Shown: positions 27,465-35,964 of the stretch, in pieces
How positions within the stretch are numbered: position 1 is the stretch's first letter
Layout: each line of letters opens with the position of its first letter
Virus record (IMG/VR): IMGVR_UViG_3300045450_000055
Coordinates: 1-64,000 of that record
Strand: one strand, 5' to 3'
DNA from: a virus
Length of the DNA stretch: 64,000 nucleotides
Notes under the pieces: generated by a model
Databases searched by the model: none
Seen by the model: the letters and a program-made list of their open reading frames with translations, nothing else
Told to the model about the DNA's origin: nothing
Position numbers and translations under genes: made by a program

Positions 27465-28961
27465 ATGCAGTTCTACGACGATATCGGCGACCTCCTTCGC
27501 CAGCCGATCATGAACAAGGATACGTACAAGGCCAGTCACTGGACCTTCGAACATCCTGAGTTCACTTCCACATACGGATACATCGAAGCCCGCAAGGGTG
27601 GCGAGTTCAATGAGGTGATGTGGTTCGGTAACCTCTATACGCTGCGTTACTTCCTGACGCAGCGCTGGACGCCGGCCTTCATCGACCACGCCGCGGTCTT
27701 CCTGCCGCTGCACGGCGTACCGTTCGATCGCAAGGCCGCGATGGTCGTGTGGGAGAAGTATGACGGCCGCCTGCCTGTGCGGGTCAGCCAGCTTCCGGAA
27801 GGCATCGTCGTGCCGCAAGGCACCGTCCTGTCCACGGTCGAGTCGCTCGATGAGGAGTGCGCCGGTCTGGCGATTACCATCGAGACCCTACTGTTGCGCT
27901 GCTGGTTGCCGACGACGCTGGCGACCCGCGGGATGCGCTGGTGGCGGCTGATCGAAGAATATCTGGAGATCAGCGGCACGCCCGGCACTGCCGAGTTCAA
28001 GGTCGTCGATTTTTCGGCTCGCGGCTGCCGCTCCACCGAAGATGCCGGTATCTCCGGCATGGCTCATCTGGTCAACTTCAAGGTGACCGACAACCTGATG
28101 GGCATCCTCTTCGGCCAGCATACCTACCGGACCGACGAGATGCTGGGATACTCGATCCCGGCGACCGAACACTCGGTCACCACGTCGTGGGGACGGGACC
28201 GCGAGCAGGCGTTCTTCGAACACATCCTCGAAGTCCACGGCCAGTCTATCAACCCGCTGGGTGGGCGCTACCCGGTATCGGTGGTGATCGACACCTACGA
28301 TCAGGACGAAGCGATCAAGATGTGGTTGACGCCGGCTGACAAGGGCGGATGTGGGCTGCTGGAGAAGCTGATCGCGTCGAACATGAAGCTGGTGCTTCGC
28401 CCCGACTCTGGTGATCCCATCATCAACGTCGTCCATGTTCTCGATCTGGTCGAGAGTCTTGTCGGCTCGACGAACAACGCCAAGGGCTTCCGGATGCTCC
28501 CGGACTTCGTGGCGGTCATTCAGGGCGACGGTATCAACGAGGACAGCCTGCGGCGTATCCTCCAGCGCGTCACCTACCACAAGTGGTCGATCGACAACCT
28601 GACGTTCGGCTCGGGCGGCGGCCTGATGATGCACGAGGTCGAGCGCGACACTCACCGCTTTGCCATGAAGGCGTCGGAGGTAATCGTGGGCGGCGTCACC
28701 AGCGCCATCCAGAAGACGGTTAAGACCGACCCGTCGAAGGCATCGAAGGCTGGTCGCTTCGCGGTGGTTCGCCGGGAGGTTCCGCACTTCCCGGAGCCCT
28801 ATATCGACTTCGTGACGATCGCAGAAGCCGACCTGCTGCCGGGCGAACTCAACTGGCTCCAGCCGGTGTTCGAGCATGGTGAACTTCTCGAACCGGCGCA
28901 GACCTTCGAGGATGTCCGGGTGAACGCCGCCTACTGGCGCAACCAGACGCGTCCCGCCTGA
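27465..28961 (+). CDS. nadV: nicotinamide phosphoribosyltransferase (NAMPT/NadV)
   Basis: ~500 aa; ..DTYKASHW.., ..DFSARG.., ..SIPATEHS.., ..RPDSGDP.., ..GDGI.., ..FGSGGGL.. NAMPT-type motifs. Confidence 0.85.
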   Translation: MQFYDDIGDLLRQPIMNKDTYKASHWTFEHPEFTSTYGYIEARKGGEFNEVMWFGNLYTLRYFLTQRWTPAFIDHAAVFLPLHGVPFDRKAAMVVWEKYDGRLPVRVSQLPEGIVVPQGTVLSTVESLDEECAGLAITIETLLLRCWLPTTLATRGMRWWRLIEEYLEISGTPGTAEFKVVDFSARGCRSTEDAGISGMAHLVNFKVTDNLMGILFGQHTYRTDEMLGYSIPATEHSVTTSWGRDREQAFFEHILEVHGQSINPLGGRYPVSVVIDTYDQDEAIKMWLTPADKGGCGLLEKLIASNMKLVLRPDSGDPIINVVHVLDLVESLVGSTNNAKGFRMLPDFVAVIQGDGINEDSLRRILQRVTYHKWSIDNLTFGSGGGLMMHEVERDTHRFAMKASEVIVGGVTSAIQKTVKTDPSKASKAGRFAVVRREVPHFPEPYIDFVTIAEADLLPGELNWLQPVFEHGELLEPAQTFEDVRVNAAYWRNQTRPA

Positions 28962-28964
28962 TCC

Positions 28965-29024
28965 TTGACACCCCGCCTCAGATAGGACATTTCTTCCTTA
29001 TCTGAGGCGGTAGGAGACTGATTC
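28965..29024 (+). promoter_or_regulatory. variant cassette: TTGACA plus 15-bp-arm palindrome carrying the class A core in inverted orientation
   Basis: CCGCCTCAGATAGGA-catttct-TCCTTATCTGAGGCGG, then TAGGAGAC RBS before GTG 29025. Confidence 0.5.
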
Positions 29025-29702
29025 GTGGGCATTGCTCAGCGCGAGATGATGGGAGACGTTATGCGTGTCCTGCACGAGGTAGGCGCTGTACCCATCGACA
29101 AAGGTTACGATGGCGGTGGGCATCAAACCATCACCTTCGATTACAACCAGAAACGTACAACCTTCCATTACCCCTGCACCGGCAGGATGAATGGCAACAG
29201 TCGGCGTAACGTCATCGCCCGCCTTCGCCGCATCATCCGAGAGATACCGGAACCGACAGCACCGGTGGTGACATCACTCCCACCGCTCCCCGTCCAACCT
29301 GTCTCCCTGATGCTGGCTCCAGCGCCGCCCCCACCAACGCCGCCAGACCCAAAGCGTATGACGGCTGAACGGCGACGGGAGCTTGCCAAGTTCTACCTGA
29401 CGCATCCCCTCGTCGAGACCGCGGGCCGGTTCAACGTCACGCCCGACAAGGCACGCGAGATCATCTTGTCGCAACGCGGCCAAGCCGCCGACAAGCTGAA
29501 ACGCGAGGCTAACGTCGCCCGGATGGAAGCCGCTCGACGTACCCGCCCGGTGCCGAGCCCACCACCGCCTCCGCCCATCACTCGGCAAGAGCGCAATCGG
29601 CGGATCAAGGACTTGTACCTGAACTCGACGACAACGCTCAAAGAGATCGGTCGTCGATTTGGTGTATCGATCTCGACGGCATGGCGGATAGCGCGGCGAT
29701 GA
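29025..29702 (+). CDS. DNA-binding protein with two HTH-like modules and Pro-rich linkers
   Basis: ..LVETAGRFNVTPDKAREII.. and ..LKEIGRRFGVSISTAWRIARR (sigma region 4 / resolvase-HTH-like). Confidence 0.5.
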   Translation: MGIAQREMMGDVMRVLHEVGAVPIDKGYDGGGHQTITFDYNQKRTTFHYPCTGRMNGNSRRNVIARLRRIIREIPEPTAPVVTSLPPLPVQPVSLMLAPAPPPPTPPDPKRMTAERRRELAKFYLTHPLVETAGRFNVTPDKAREIILSQRGQAADKLKREANVARMEAARRTRPVPSPPPPPPITRQERNRRIKDLYLNSTTTLKEIGRRFGVSISTAWRIARR

Positions 29703-30550
29703 TCCTGATCGACAAGTTGACCGAGAGCAACGAGCAGTTCCGTGAACTGATGTTCAATAGTCGTGTCTTGCGATTTCATCGTGATGTTTATGACATGGCG
29801 ATGGACTTGGTGGAGAATGACAAGGGACAGATCGAGAGGATCGCACCGTTTGTCTGCTGGCCGGACAATGATACTTGGATAGAGGTGGACACTGGGGATT
29901 GGAAGCGGTTCGGTTTCCTGTTCCAAGCCTCTCGCGACGGCAACACCACTGGCGGGATCGGTATGCTTGTCATCGAAGACAGAAAGGATGAAGAGCCGCT
30001 GGTCTTGACGTGTGCCTATGATCTTCCGTCTTACCGTATGACTCCTTTCTCACCCCGTGAAGAGTTAGCCTCGCGTCTGTTCGCCAATCCGAGCCTTACC
30101 AAGCAAGTACCGGCTTGGTTAGTAGATCGTCTGGGTAAGGGTGATCCTATTTTGGAAGCGGCATCAGTCGCTCCATTGATGGCGGCCTTCAAACCTATTC
30201 TTTTCTCCCTACTAGCTCTCATAAATAGTCCGAAACTTGTAAGCCTTCGATCGGTAGATCAGTCTAAGATCAACAGAGCTAGAAAGAAAAGAGGCAAACC
30301 GTTATTTCATCCTCACCATGTCATCCGCTTGAACGTGGACTCTACGAGGATCAACGTGACACGAGGAGACGGAACGGGGCCGAAAAGGGAGCAGCATTTT
30401 GTCCGAGCCCATCCCCGCTTCTTCGTTCACCGTCGATACAAGAACGTCAGTGTGGTGATGATCCCACCCCACTATCGCGGCGATCCCAAGCTCGGGACAC
30501 GCTATACCGAATACAAAGCCGATCGCTCACAATCAAAATGGAAGGACTAA
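29699..30550 (+). CDS. hypothetical protein
   Basis: ATGA overlap; tail of track ORF 29681..30550; locally AT-richer 30190..30310. Confidence 0.65.
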   Translation: MILIDKLTESNEQFRELMFNSRVLRFHRDVYDMAMDLVENDKGQIERIAPFVCWPDNDTWIEVDTGDWKRFGFLFQASRDGNTTGGIGMLVIEDRKDEEPLVLTCAYDLPSYRMTPFSPREELASRLFANPSLTKQVPAWLVDRLGKGDPILEAASVAPLMAAFKPILFSLLALINSPKLVSLRSVDQSKINRARKKRGKPLFHPHHVIRLNVDSTRINVTRGDGTGPKREQHFVRAHPRFFVHRRYKNVSVVMIPPHYRGDPKLGTRYTEYKADRSQSKWKD

Positions 30551-30551
30551 G

Positions 30552-31124
30552 ATGACACCAGCTTTCTGCCAGCGCTGTGGCAAGCCAGTCGCAAGCGCCA
30601 CCGGCACCCATCCCTTTGTCTGTGAAAACGGACATGAGACTTGGGTTAACCCGCTGCCTGTCGTGGTGTGCCTCCAGCCGGTGACGCATACCTTCAAAGA
30701 CGGGCACCAGCGTACCGGCCTTGCCATCGCCCGACGCGGCATCGAGCCCAAGTTGGGGACATGGTGTTTCGTTTCAGGACACGTCGAGGACGGAGAAAAT
30801 CTCGAAATTGCGGCTGCCCGCGAGTGGTCGGAGGAAACAAACCTGCACTGGCCGCACGATGCCCACCTGTATGAAAGCTACGCGAACGGGAAGGGTCATG
30901 TTCTCGTTGGCTTGCTTGCTCCGTATATCCGGCTCGAATACTGGCGCGATGCGGTCCTTTGCAAGGAGAACACGGAGTTCGGCGTCTTGTGGTCGCTGGG
31001 GCAGGGTCTCGAACTTGGCTTCCCTATCCATAAGTGGATGGCTGAGCATTGGTTTGTGACCCAGCCGGCCCAGCCTGTAATGACCGCAGCGTGCTATGCG
31101 GAGGTAAAAGCACCCACCGAATGA
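30552..31124 (+). CDS. Nudix hydrolase with N-terminal zinc ribbon (NudC-like)
   Basis: CQRCG..x12..CENGH zinc ribbon; Nudix box GHVEDGENLEIAAAREWSEETNL. Confidence 0.6.
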   Translation: MTPAFCQRCGKPVASATGTHPFVCENGHETWVNPLPVVVCLQPVTHTFKDGHQRTGLAIARRGIEPKLGTWCFVSGHVEDGENLEIAAAREWSEETNLHWPHDAHLYESYANGKGHVLVGLLAPYIRLEYWRDAVLCKENTEFGVLWSLGQGLELGFPIHKWMAEHWFVTQPAQPVMTAACYAEVKAPTE

Positions 31125-31172
31125 AAAACGTAGTTAACAAGCTCTAACCAATATCATTACACGATGTAGAGC

Positions 31173-31201
31173 TTGACTAACCCCGCGAATCGCCCTAGAC
31201 C
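31173..31201 (+). promoter_or_regulatory. class B promoter of the VWA-TerB-TerC operon
   Basis: TTGACT-N17-TAGACC; preceded by CAAGCTCTA..TAGAGCTTG inverted repeat. Confidence 0.5.
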
Positions 31202-31240
31202 GCAGTTCTCGACAACGAGACACACCGAAAAGGAGACATC

Positions 31241-31840
31241 ATGACTGCACTTACCCCGGAAACCGCTTCCGAGTTCGACTTTCTTGCGCTGATCGACGCG
31301 TCGGGTTCGATGAACAACCCCTCGCTGCGTTTCCCCGGCAAGACGCGCTGGCAGGAACAGCAGGAGTCGGTCACCGGCCTCGCGTTCGCGCTGGAGAAGT
31401 TCGATGCCGATGGTATCGACGTGGTGGCGTTCGGCCCCGGCGTCGATGTCGAGGAGGGCGTGACCGGTGCCGCGGTGCCGGCGCTGTTCGCTCGCCGTGG
31501 TCCGCGCGGCTCGACCCCGCTGGCCCCTGCGTTGCAGGTCGTCATCGACAAGCAGAAGCGTACCGGCAAGAAGACGGTCGCCGTGATCTACACGGACGGC
31601 GCTCCGGACAATCCCGATCTCGTCGTCAAGACGATCACGGATGCCTCGAACGCGCTGTCGGCCGACGATGAACTGACCTTCCTGTTCATTCAGGTCGGCG
31701 ACGATCCCGATGCGCGCCGCTTCCTCGACCACCTCGACGACAAGCTCACCGGCAAGTTCGACATCGTGGATGTCGTGTCGGTGGCCGACGCGGACAATCT
31801 GGAGCCGCTGGAACTCATCACCAAGGCCATCGCCGACTAA
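31241..31840 (+). CDS. von Willebrand factor A domain protein (TerY-like)
   Basis: MIDAS LIDASGSM; ..GSTPLAPAL.., ..VIYTDGAPD.. Confidence 0.7.
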   Translation: MTALTPETASEFDFLALIDASGSMNNPSLRFPGKTRWQEQQESVTGLAFALEKFDADGIDVVAFGPGVDVEEGVTGAAVPALFARRGPRGSTPLAPALQVVIDKQKRTGKKTVAVIYTDGAPDNPDLVVKTITDASNALSADDELTFLFIQVGDDPDARRFLDHLDDKLTGKFDIVDVVSVADADNLEPLELITKAIAD

Positions 31841-31909
31841 TCATCGGCTTCAACCACCACACGGAGGCGGCGGGGACATCCCCGCCGCCTTAGCGGGAGA
31901 CAAGAATAC

Positions 31910-32350
31910 ATGTTCGGAAAACTCATGGGTCTGGGTAAGACCCTCATGGCCGACGCCGACAAGGCACTCGGCCGCATCACGTCCAAGCCGACGCTGGTCC
32001 GCGTCTGCCAAGCGTCGTACCTGATCGCCGCGGCGGACGACAACTTCTCCGACGCGGAGAAGGAAATGCTCCAGAAGGTCGTGCAGCGCAAGCTCCCCGG
32101 CTTCAAGATGGCCGAGATCGCTGGCGCAATCGATGCAGCCGTCGATGAACTCGCGTTCAGCAAGGTCGCCGGCAAGCGCAACCTGCTGGCGAATATCGAG
32201 GAAGCGGCCGGCACCGATCAGGCTGACATCATCATGCTCGCCGTCCTCGCCGTCGCCAACGCGGACAACGAGTTCGCCGATGTGGAGAAGGCGGTCGCCC
32301 GCGAAATCTGCATGAAGCTGCGGCTTCCGCTCCGGGAGTATGAGCTTTGA
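31910..32350 (+). CDS. TerB-like helical protein
   Basis: two ..AADDNFSDAEKEML.. / ..ANADNEFADVEKAVA.. repeats typical of TerB-type modules. Confidence 0.45.
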   Translation: MFGKLMGLGKTLMADADKALGRITSKPTLVRVCQASYLIAAADDNFSDAEKEMLQKVVQRKLPGFKMAEIAGAIDAAVDELAFSKVAGKRNLLANIEEAAGTDQADIIMLAVLAVANADNEFADVEKAVAREICMKLRLPLREYEL

Positions 32351-32970
32351 TCGCGGACTTCATCAATCAGGTCGTGAGCGACCCGTGGGTCCTGCTCCAG
32401 ATCATCATGCTCGATATCGTGCTGTCCGGCGACAACGCCGTCATCATCGGCGCGCTGACGGCATCCCTGCCGGCCCATCAACGCAACAAGGCGCTGATCT
32501 TCGGCACGCTCGCCGCGGTCATCATGCGGGTCGTCCTGTCGGCGCTCGCCATCTACGTCCTCAAGATTCCCGGCATCCTCGTCATCGGTGCTTTGCTGCT
32601 GGCCTATATCGGCGTCAAGCTGACACGCGATCTGCTGGACAACCACAAGGCCGATGGCTCGACCGAGAAGGTGGCGGTCACTGGCACGTTCGCTTCCGCG
32701 ATCTGGGCTATTGCCGTGGCCGATTTCTCGATGAGCTTGGACAACGTGGTCGCCGTCGCTGGCGCTGCCCACAACGTCCCGGTCATGGTGTTCGGCCTGA
32801 TGCTCTCGATCGTCCTGATGGCGGTCGCCGCCAAGGGCGTCTCGAAGCTGATCGAGCGCTACTCGTGGATCGCATGGATCGGTGTCGTGCTGATCTTCTA
32901 TATCGCCGGCAAGATGCTCTACGAGGGCGTCCCGATCGCGATCACGCAATTCAACCACCTGTTCGGCTAA
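32347..32970 (+). CDS. TerC-family integral membrane protein
   Basis: ..LDIVLSGDNAVIIG.. and ..DFSMSLDNVVAVAG.. paired TerC motifs; about 7 hydrophobic helices. Confidence 0.8.
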   Translation: MIADFINQVVSDPWVLLQIIMLDIVLSGDNAVIIGALTASLPAHQRNKALIFGTLAAVIMRVVLSALAIYVLKIPGILVIGALLLAYIGVKLTRDLLDNHKADGSTEKVAVTGTFASAIWAIAVADFSMSLDNVVAVAGAAHNVPVMVFGLMLSIVLMAVAAKGVSKLIERYSWIAWIGVVLIFYIAGKMLYEGVPIAITQFNHLFG

Positions 32971-32978
32971 GCCGGTGA

Positions 32979-33008
32979 AAGGGGAGCCTCCGGGCTCCCT
33001 TTTTATTT
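32979..33008 (+). terminator. rho-independent terminator
   Basis: GGGAGCC-tccg-GGCTCCC + TTTTTATTT. Confidence 0.8.
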
Positions 33009-33014
33009 GCCCTG

Positions 33015-33074
33015 TTGACGAACAGGAAGATTCGTCCTATCCCCAATTCAACAACGCGAATCGGGAGACAGACG
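33015..33074 (+). promoter_or_regulatory. class A promoter-leader cassette 11
   Basis: TTGACG-N17(aacAGGAAGATTCGTCC)-TATCCC; leader GCGAATCGGGAGAC. Confidence 0.6.
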
Positions 33075-34019
33075 ATGTGCAACACCTGCGGTAACAAAGC
33101 TCACGACGACCTGAACGACGACCTCGATCTCGAAATGTTCGGCACCGAAGCGCACATGCTCGCAGTGTTTCGCGAAGACTTCGGCCTGTCTGGTGAGACC
33201 AAGCCCGGTTATGATCCGGCGACCGATCCGGCGCTGCTCGACCAGCTTCACTATGAGACGTGCAAGAAGTGCCGCGGAACCGGCCGTTTCGTCCGGGGAT
33301 ACACCTTCTCCGGCCAGTGCTTCGCCTGCAAGGGCAAGGGCAAGATCGGCTACAAGACGGCACCGGAAGTCCGTGCCTCTGCCCGTGACGCCGCAGCGCA
33401 GAAGAAGCGGCTCGCGTTTGCTGCTTTCATGAAGGATCATGAGTCTGAGCTACGGTGGATGATCGATCGCACGCCGACATTCGGTTTCGCCAAGTCGATG
33501 CTGGAAGCGGCCACGAAATACGGCTACCTTACCGAGCGTCAGCTTGAAGCAGTCCGTAAGTGCATGACGCAGGACGCCTTGCGCGACGAACGCATCGCGA
33601 CCGATAAGGCTGAGAGAGCGGTTGCGGCCCGTAGCGCCCCCGTCATCGACGTGTCGGTCATCGAGACGGCGTTCGCCCATGCACTGGAGCGTGGCGTCAA
33701 GAAGCCCAAGCTGAGGCTTGATACCTTTCACTTCTCGCTTGCACCTGCCACGGGCAGCAACGCTGGTGCGATCTACGTCAAGGAGATCGAGTCGGGGGAA
33801 TATCTCGGCAAGGTCATGGGCGGGAAGTTCATGCGCGTGCGTTCCTGCACCCCGGAACAGGAGGCGCGCATCATCGCAGCAGCCTCCGATCCCGGCGCAG
33901 CAGCCAAGGCATACGGCCAGCGGACGGGCACCTGCTCGATCTGCGGACGCAAGCTCACCAAGGGTGAGTCCGTCGATCGGATGATGGGTCCGATCTGTGC
34001 CGACAATTATGGATTTTGA
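33075..34019 (+). CDS. zinc-ribbon protein (2x CxxCxGxG plus C-terminal CxxCGRxLT...GxGPxC)
   Basis: CKKCRGTG, CFACKGKG, CSICGRKLTKGESVDRMMGPIC. Confidence 0.6.
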   Translation: MCNTCGNKAHDDLNDDLDLEMFGTEAHMLAVFREDFGLSGETKPGYDPATDPALLDQLHYETCKKCRGTGRFVRGYTFSGQCFACKGKGKIGYKTAPEVRASARDAAAQKKRLAFAAFMKDHESELRWMIDRTPTFGFAKSMLEAATKYGYLTERQLEAVRKCMTQDALRDERIATDKAERAVAARSAPVIDVSVIETAFAHALERGVKKPKLRLDTFHFSLAPATGSNAGAIYVKEIESGEYLGKVMGGKFMRVRSCTPEQEARIIAAASDPGAAAKAYGQRTGTCSICGRKLTKGESVDRMMGPICADNYGF

Positions 34020-34029
34020 AAGGAGACGT

Positions 34030-34350
34030 ATGACAGTAAACGACGTGGAGATCGAGTTTGGAATGGGCGTGGTGGCTCTTGTCGCCGGCTATTCCGATGC
34101 GATCCAGAACGGGCGTACCGACGCTGACATCTTGGATTACCTCAAGGGAGAGGTAACCGAACTGGAAGAGGAGATCACCGCGGACGATCCGGGCGAGGAT
34201 GGTATCTTCGGGGAAGCTATCGATGTCATGGTCAACTGCATCGATCTCATTCGCCGCCAGTATCCCAACGCCACGATGTCGGAGTTGGAACACATGGTGA
34301 AGATGTACGCAGCCAAGAAATGTGACAAATGGAACAGGAGGTACGGATGA
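34030..34350 (+). CDS. possible MazG-like all-alpha NTP pyrophosphohydrolase
   Basis: AAAGGAGAC RBS; LKGEVTELEEEI...GEAIDVMVNCIDLI resembles the MazG ExxE..D pattern. Confidence 0.4.
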   Translation: MTVNDVEIEFGMGVVALVAGYSDAIQNGRTDADILDYLKGEVTELEEEITADDPGEDGIFGEAIDVMVNCIDLIRRQYPNATMSELEHMVKMYAAKKCDKWNRRYG

Positions 34351-34628
34351 ACAAGATCGTCGAAAGTATTCTGAGCGCTTCGGTGATTACCGGTATTGTC
34401 GCAGCTACGGTAGAGCCGGCGTCGGCTCAGCGCTACCGCTCTCGCGAGACGACCAGCACCCGGCAGACCTATCGCGACATCATTCGATCGGGGCGTACCG
34501 AACGCCGGGTGACCGAGAACCGCCGGCTTCGCGATCGGCAGCAGCGTAACGCCGAAGACCGGGCGCGTCGGTGGGGCCGGGATCGGGACGCCGACAGCTA
34601 TTCGATGGACTCGATCGATGAGGATTGA
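34347..34628 (+). CDS. secreted basic protein with Sec-type signal peptide
   Basis: MNKIVESILSASVITGIVAATVEPASA-QRY; AGGAGG RBS. Confidence 0.6.
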   Translation: MNKIVESILSASVITGIVAATVEPASAQRYRSRETTSTRQTYRDIIRSGRTERRVTENRRLRDRQQRNAEDRARRWGRDRDADSYSMDSIDED

Positions 34629-34629
34629 A

Positions 34630-34869
34630 ATGCCTCTCAAACGCTGGTGGCAGGACCTCGCCGCATATTGCGCCGCGGCGCGTAGGCCGTACAGCGGGGT
34701 CGCGAGCATGGTGGTCTGCAACCCTGATGGGCTGGAGATACTGAAAGTCGATACCTACACCGGGCGGACCATCATTCGGCACCACCCGGACATGGTAATA
34801 GTGTACGGCGACGGGCCGTTGGTCGATCCAGAGGCAGTTGACTCACCGGAAGATTCATCCTACCGGTGA
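34630..34869 (+). CDS. hypothetical protein (alt start 34618)
   Basis: track ORF 34618..34869. Confidence 0.55.
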   Translation: MPLKRWWQDLAAYCAAARRPYSGVASMVVCNPDGLEILKVDTYTGRTIIRHHPDMVIVYGDGPLVDPEAVDSPEDSSYR

Positions 34870-34893
34870 TTCGTTATCGAGGGAGACAGACAA
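34838..34893 (+). promoter_or_regulatory. class A promoter-leader cassette 12
   Basis: TTGACT-N17(caccGGAAGATTCATCC)-TACCGG; leader GATTCGTTATCGAGGGAGAC. Confidence 0.55.
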
Positions 34894-35550
34894 ATGGCAA
34901 TCACCAAGGCAAACTACGACCGCTTCGTCGCGATCCGCAACAACTCGCTGATCCATTCCAACCTCCAGTTTTCCGCCGACGCCAGCACGGCTGGCATCGA
35001 AGGCTGGCGGCTCTCGGATGTCGAGAAGCAGGACGACGGTTCCTACATCTGGCAGACCCCGTATGGGATGCTGATCGAAGAGGGCGGCGTCCTGCGTCTG
35101 TGTTCGTTCAAGCCGACACCGGCGGAGTGGGCGATCATCAAGGACGTGGCGTTCCGCGGGCACGACACCCAGACCAAGGCGATCACCAGCCCGGCAGGTG
35201 TCCGTCTGGAGCTTCGGATGAGCATCAATACCGAAGACAGCAGCTTGCCGCGTAGCCTCAACATGCTCATCACGGCCGGTACGCGGGGCGACCTCAACGA
35301 CGTTGACCTGTACGACTGCTCCGATGCCTATACTGACGCTTTCCGGCAAGGCGTACCGTTGACGAAGGAAGGCGACGGCATCTTCGACTTCTACATTTAC
35401 AACCGCTACGATCGCGACGGTGATCTGGCCGGTAATGTTCTGGTCAGGGTTACAGGAGGCAAGATGTCGCACATCTGGATCGAGGGCGGCAAGAACTGGT
35501 CGTGGACGCCGGAAGGCGACATCCAGCCGGTCGCGGGGAGGGGACGCTGA
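34894..35550 (+). CDS. hypothetical protein
   Basis: track ORF. Confidence 0.7.
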   Translation: MAITKANYDRFVAIRNNSLIHSNLQFSADASTAGIEGWRLSDVEKQDDGSYIWQTPYGMLIEEGGVLRLCSFKPTPAEWAIIKDVAFRGHDTQTKAITSPAGVRLELRMSINTEDSSLPRSLNMLITAGTRGDLNDVDLYDCSDAYTDAFRQGVPLTKEGDGIFDFYIYNRYDRDGDLAGNVLVRVTGGKMSHIWIEGGKNWSWTPEGDIQPVAGRGR

Positions 35551-35903
35551 TGGCACGCTCAGTTAGCTGCCTGATCGATGTTCATCACGCTATCAAGGCG
35601 GGTGAGGTGGGTCACAAGAAAGTCGAGCGCCTGCTGATATTGCACGGGCGCACCAAGAAGACCGACGACGAGTTGGTCGAATACTGGGGACTTCGGGGAT
35701 CGATCGGCAAGGCAGCAAGCCGTCCTGACGACGCTGACGGATCAGCGGCCGTGAACGAGCTTCTGAACACCTACGACGGCCTTGAGTGGAGTCGGGGCGT
35801 CACGCTACCAGCGTCGATCGAGGTGAGGGAACACAAGAAGGACCTGTTCTGGGTTCTTCGCACACGGCTTGCCAACGATATCGAAGCCCACAACGCCGCT
35901 TGA
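35550..35903 (+). CDS. hypothetical protein
   Basis: TGATG coupling; tail of track ORF 35502..35903. Confidence 0.6.
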   Translation: MARSVSCLIDVHHAIKAGEVGHKKVERLLILHGRTKKTDDELVEYWGLRGSIGKAASRPDDADGSAAVNELLNTYDGLEWSRGVTLPASIEVREHKKDLFWVLRTRLANDIEAHNAA

Positions 35904-35964
35904 CGAACCGGAAGAATCGTCCTACACCACCTTCATCAACAACGACTCGGAGGGAGACCCGTTC
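35900..35964 (+). promoter_or_regulatory. class A promoter-leader cassette 13
   Basis: TTGACG-N17(aaccGGAAGAATCGTCC)-TACACC; leader ACGACTCGGAGGGAGAC. Confidence 0.6.

Noticed and set aside
301-35964. Conserved ..PEDSS(Y) C-terminal peptides on several upstream ORFs
   Set aside because: They are a by-product of ORFs running into the conserved promoter spacer CCGGAAGATTCGTCCTA, not a protein motif.
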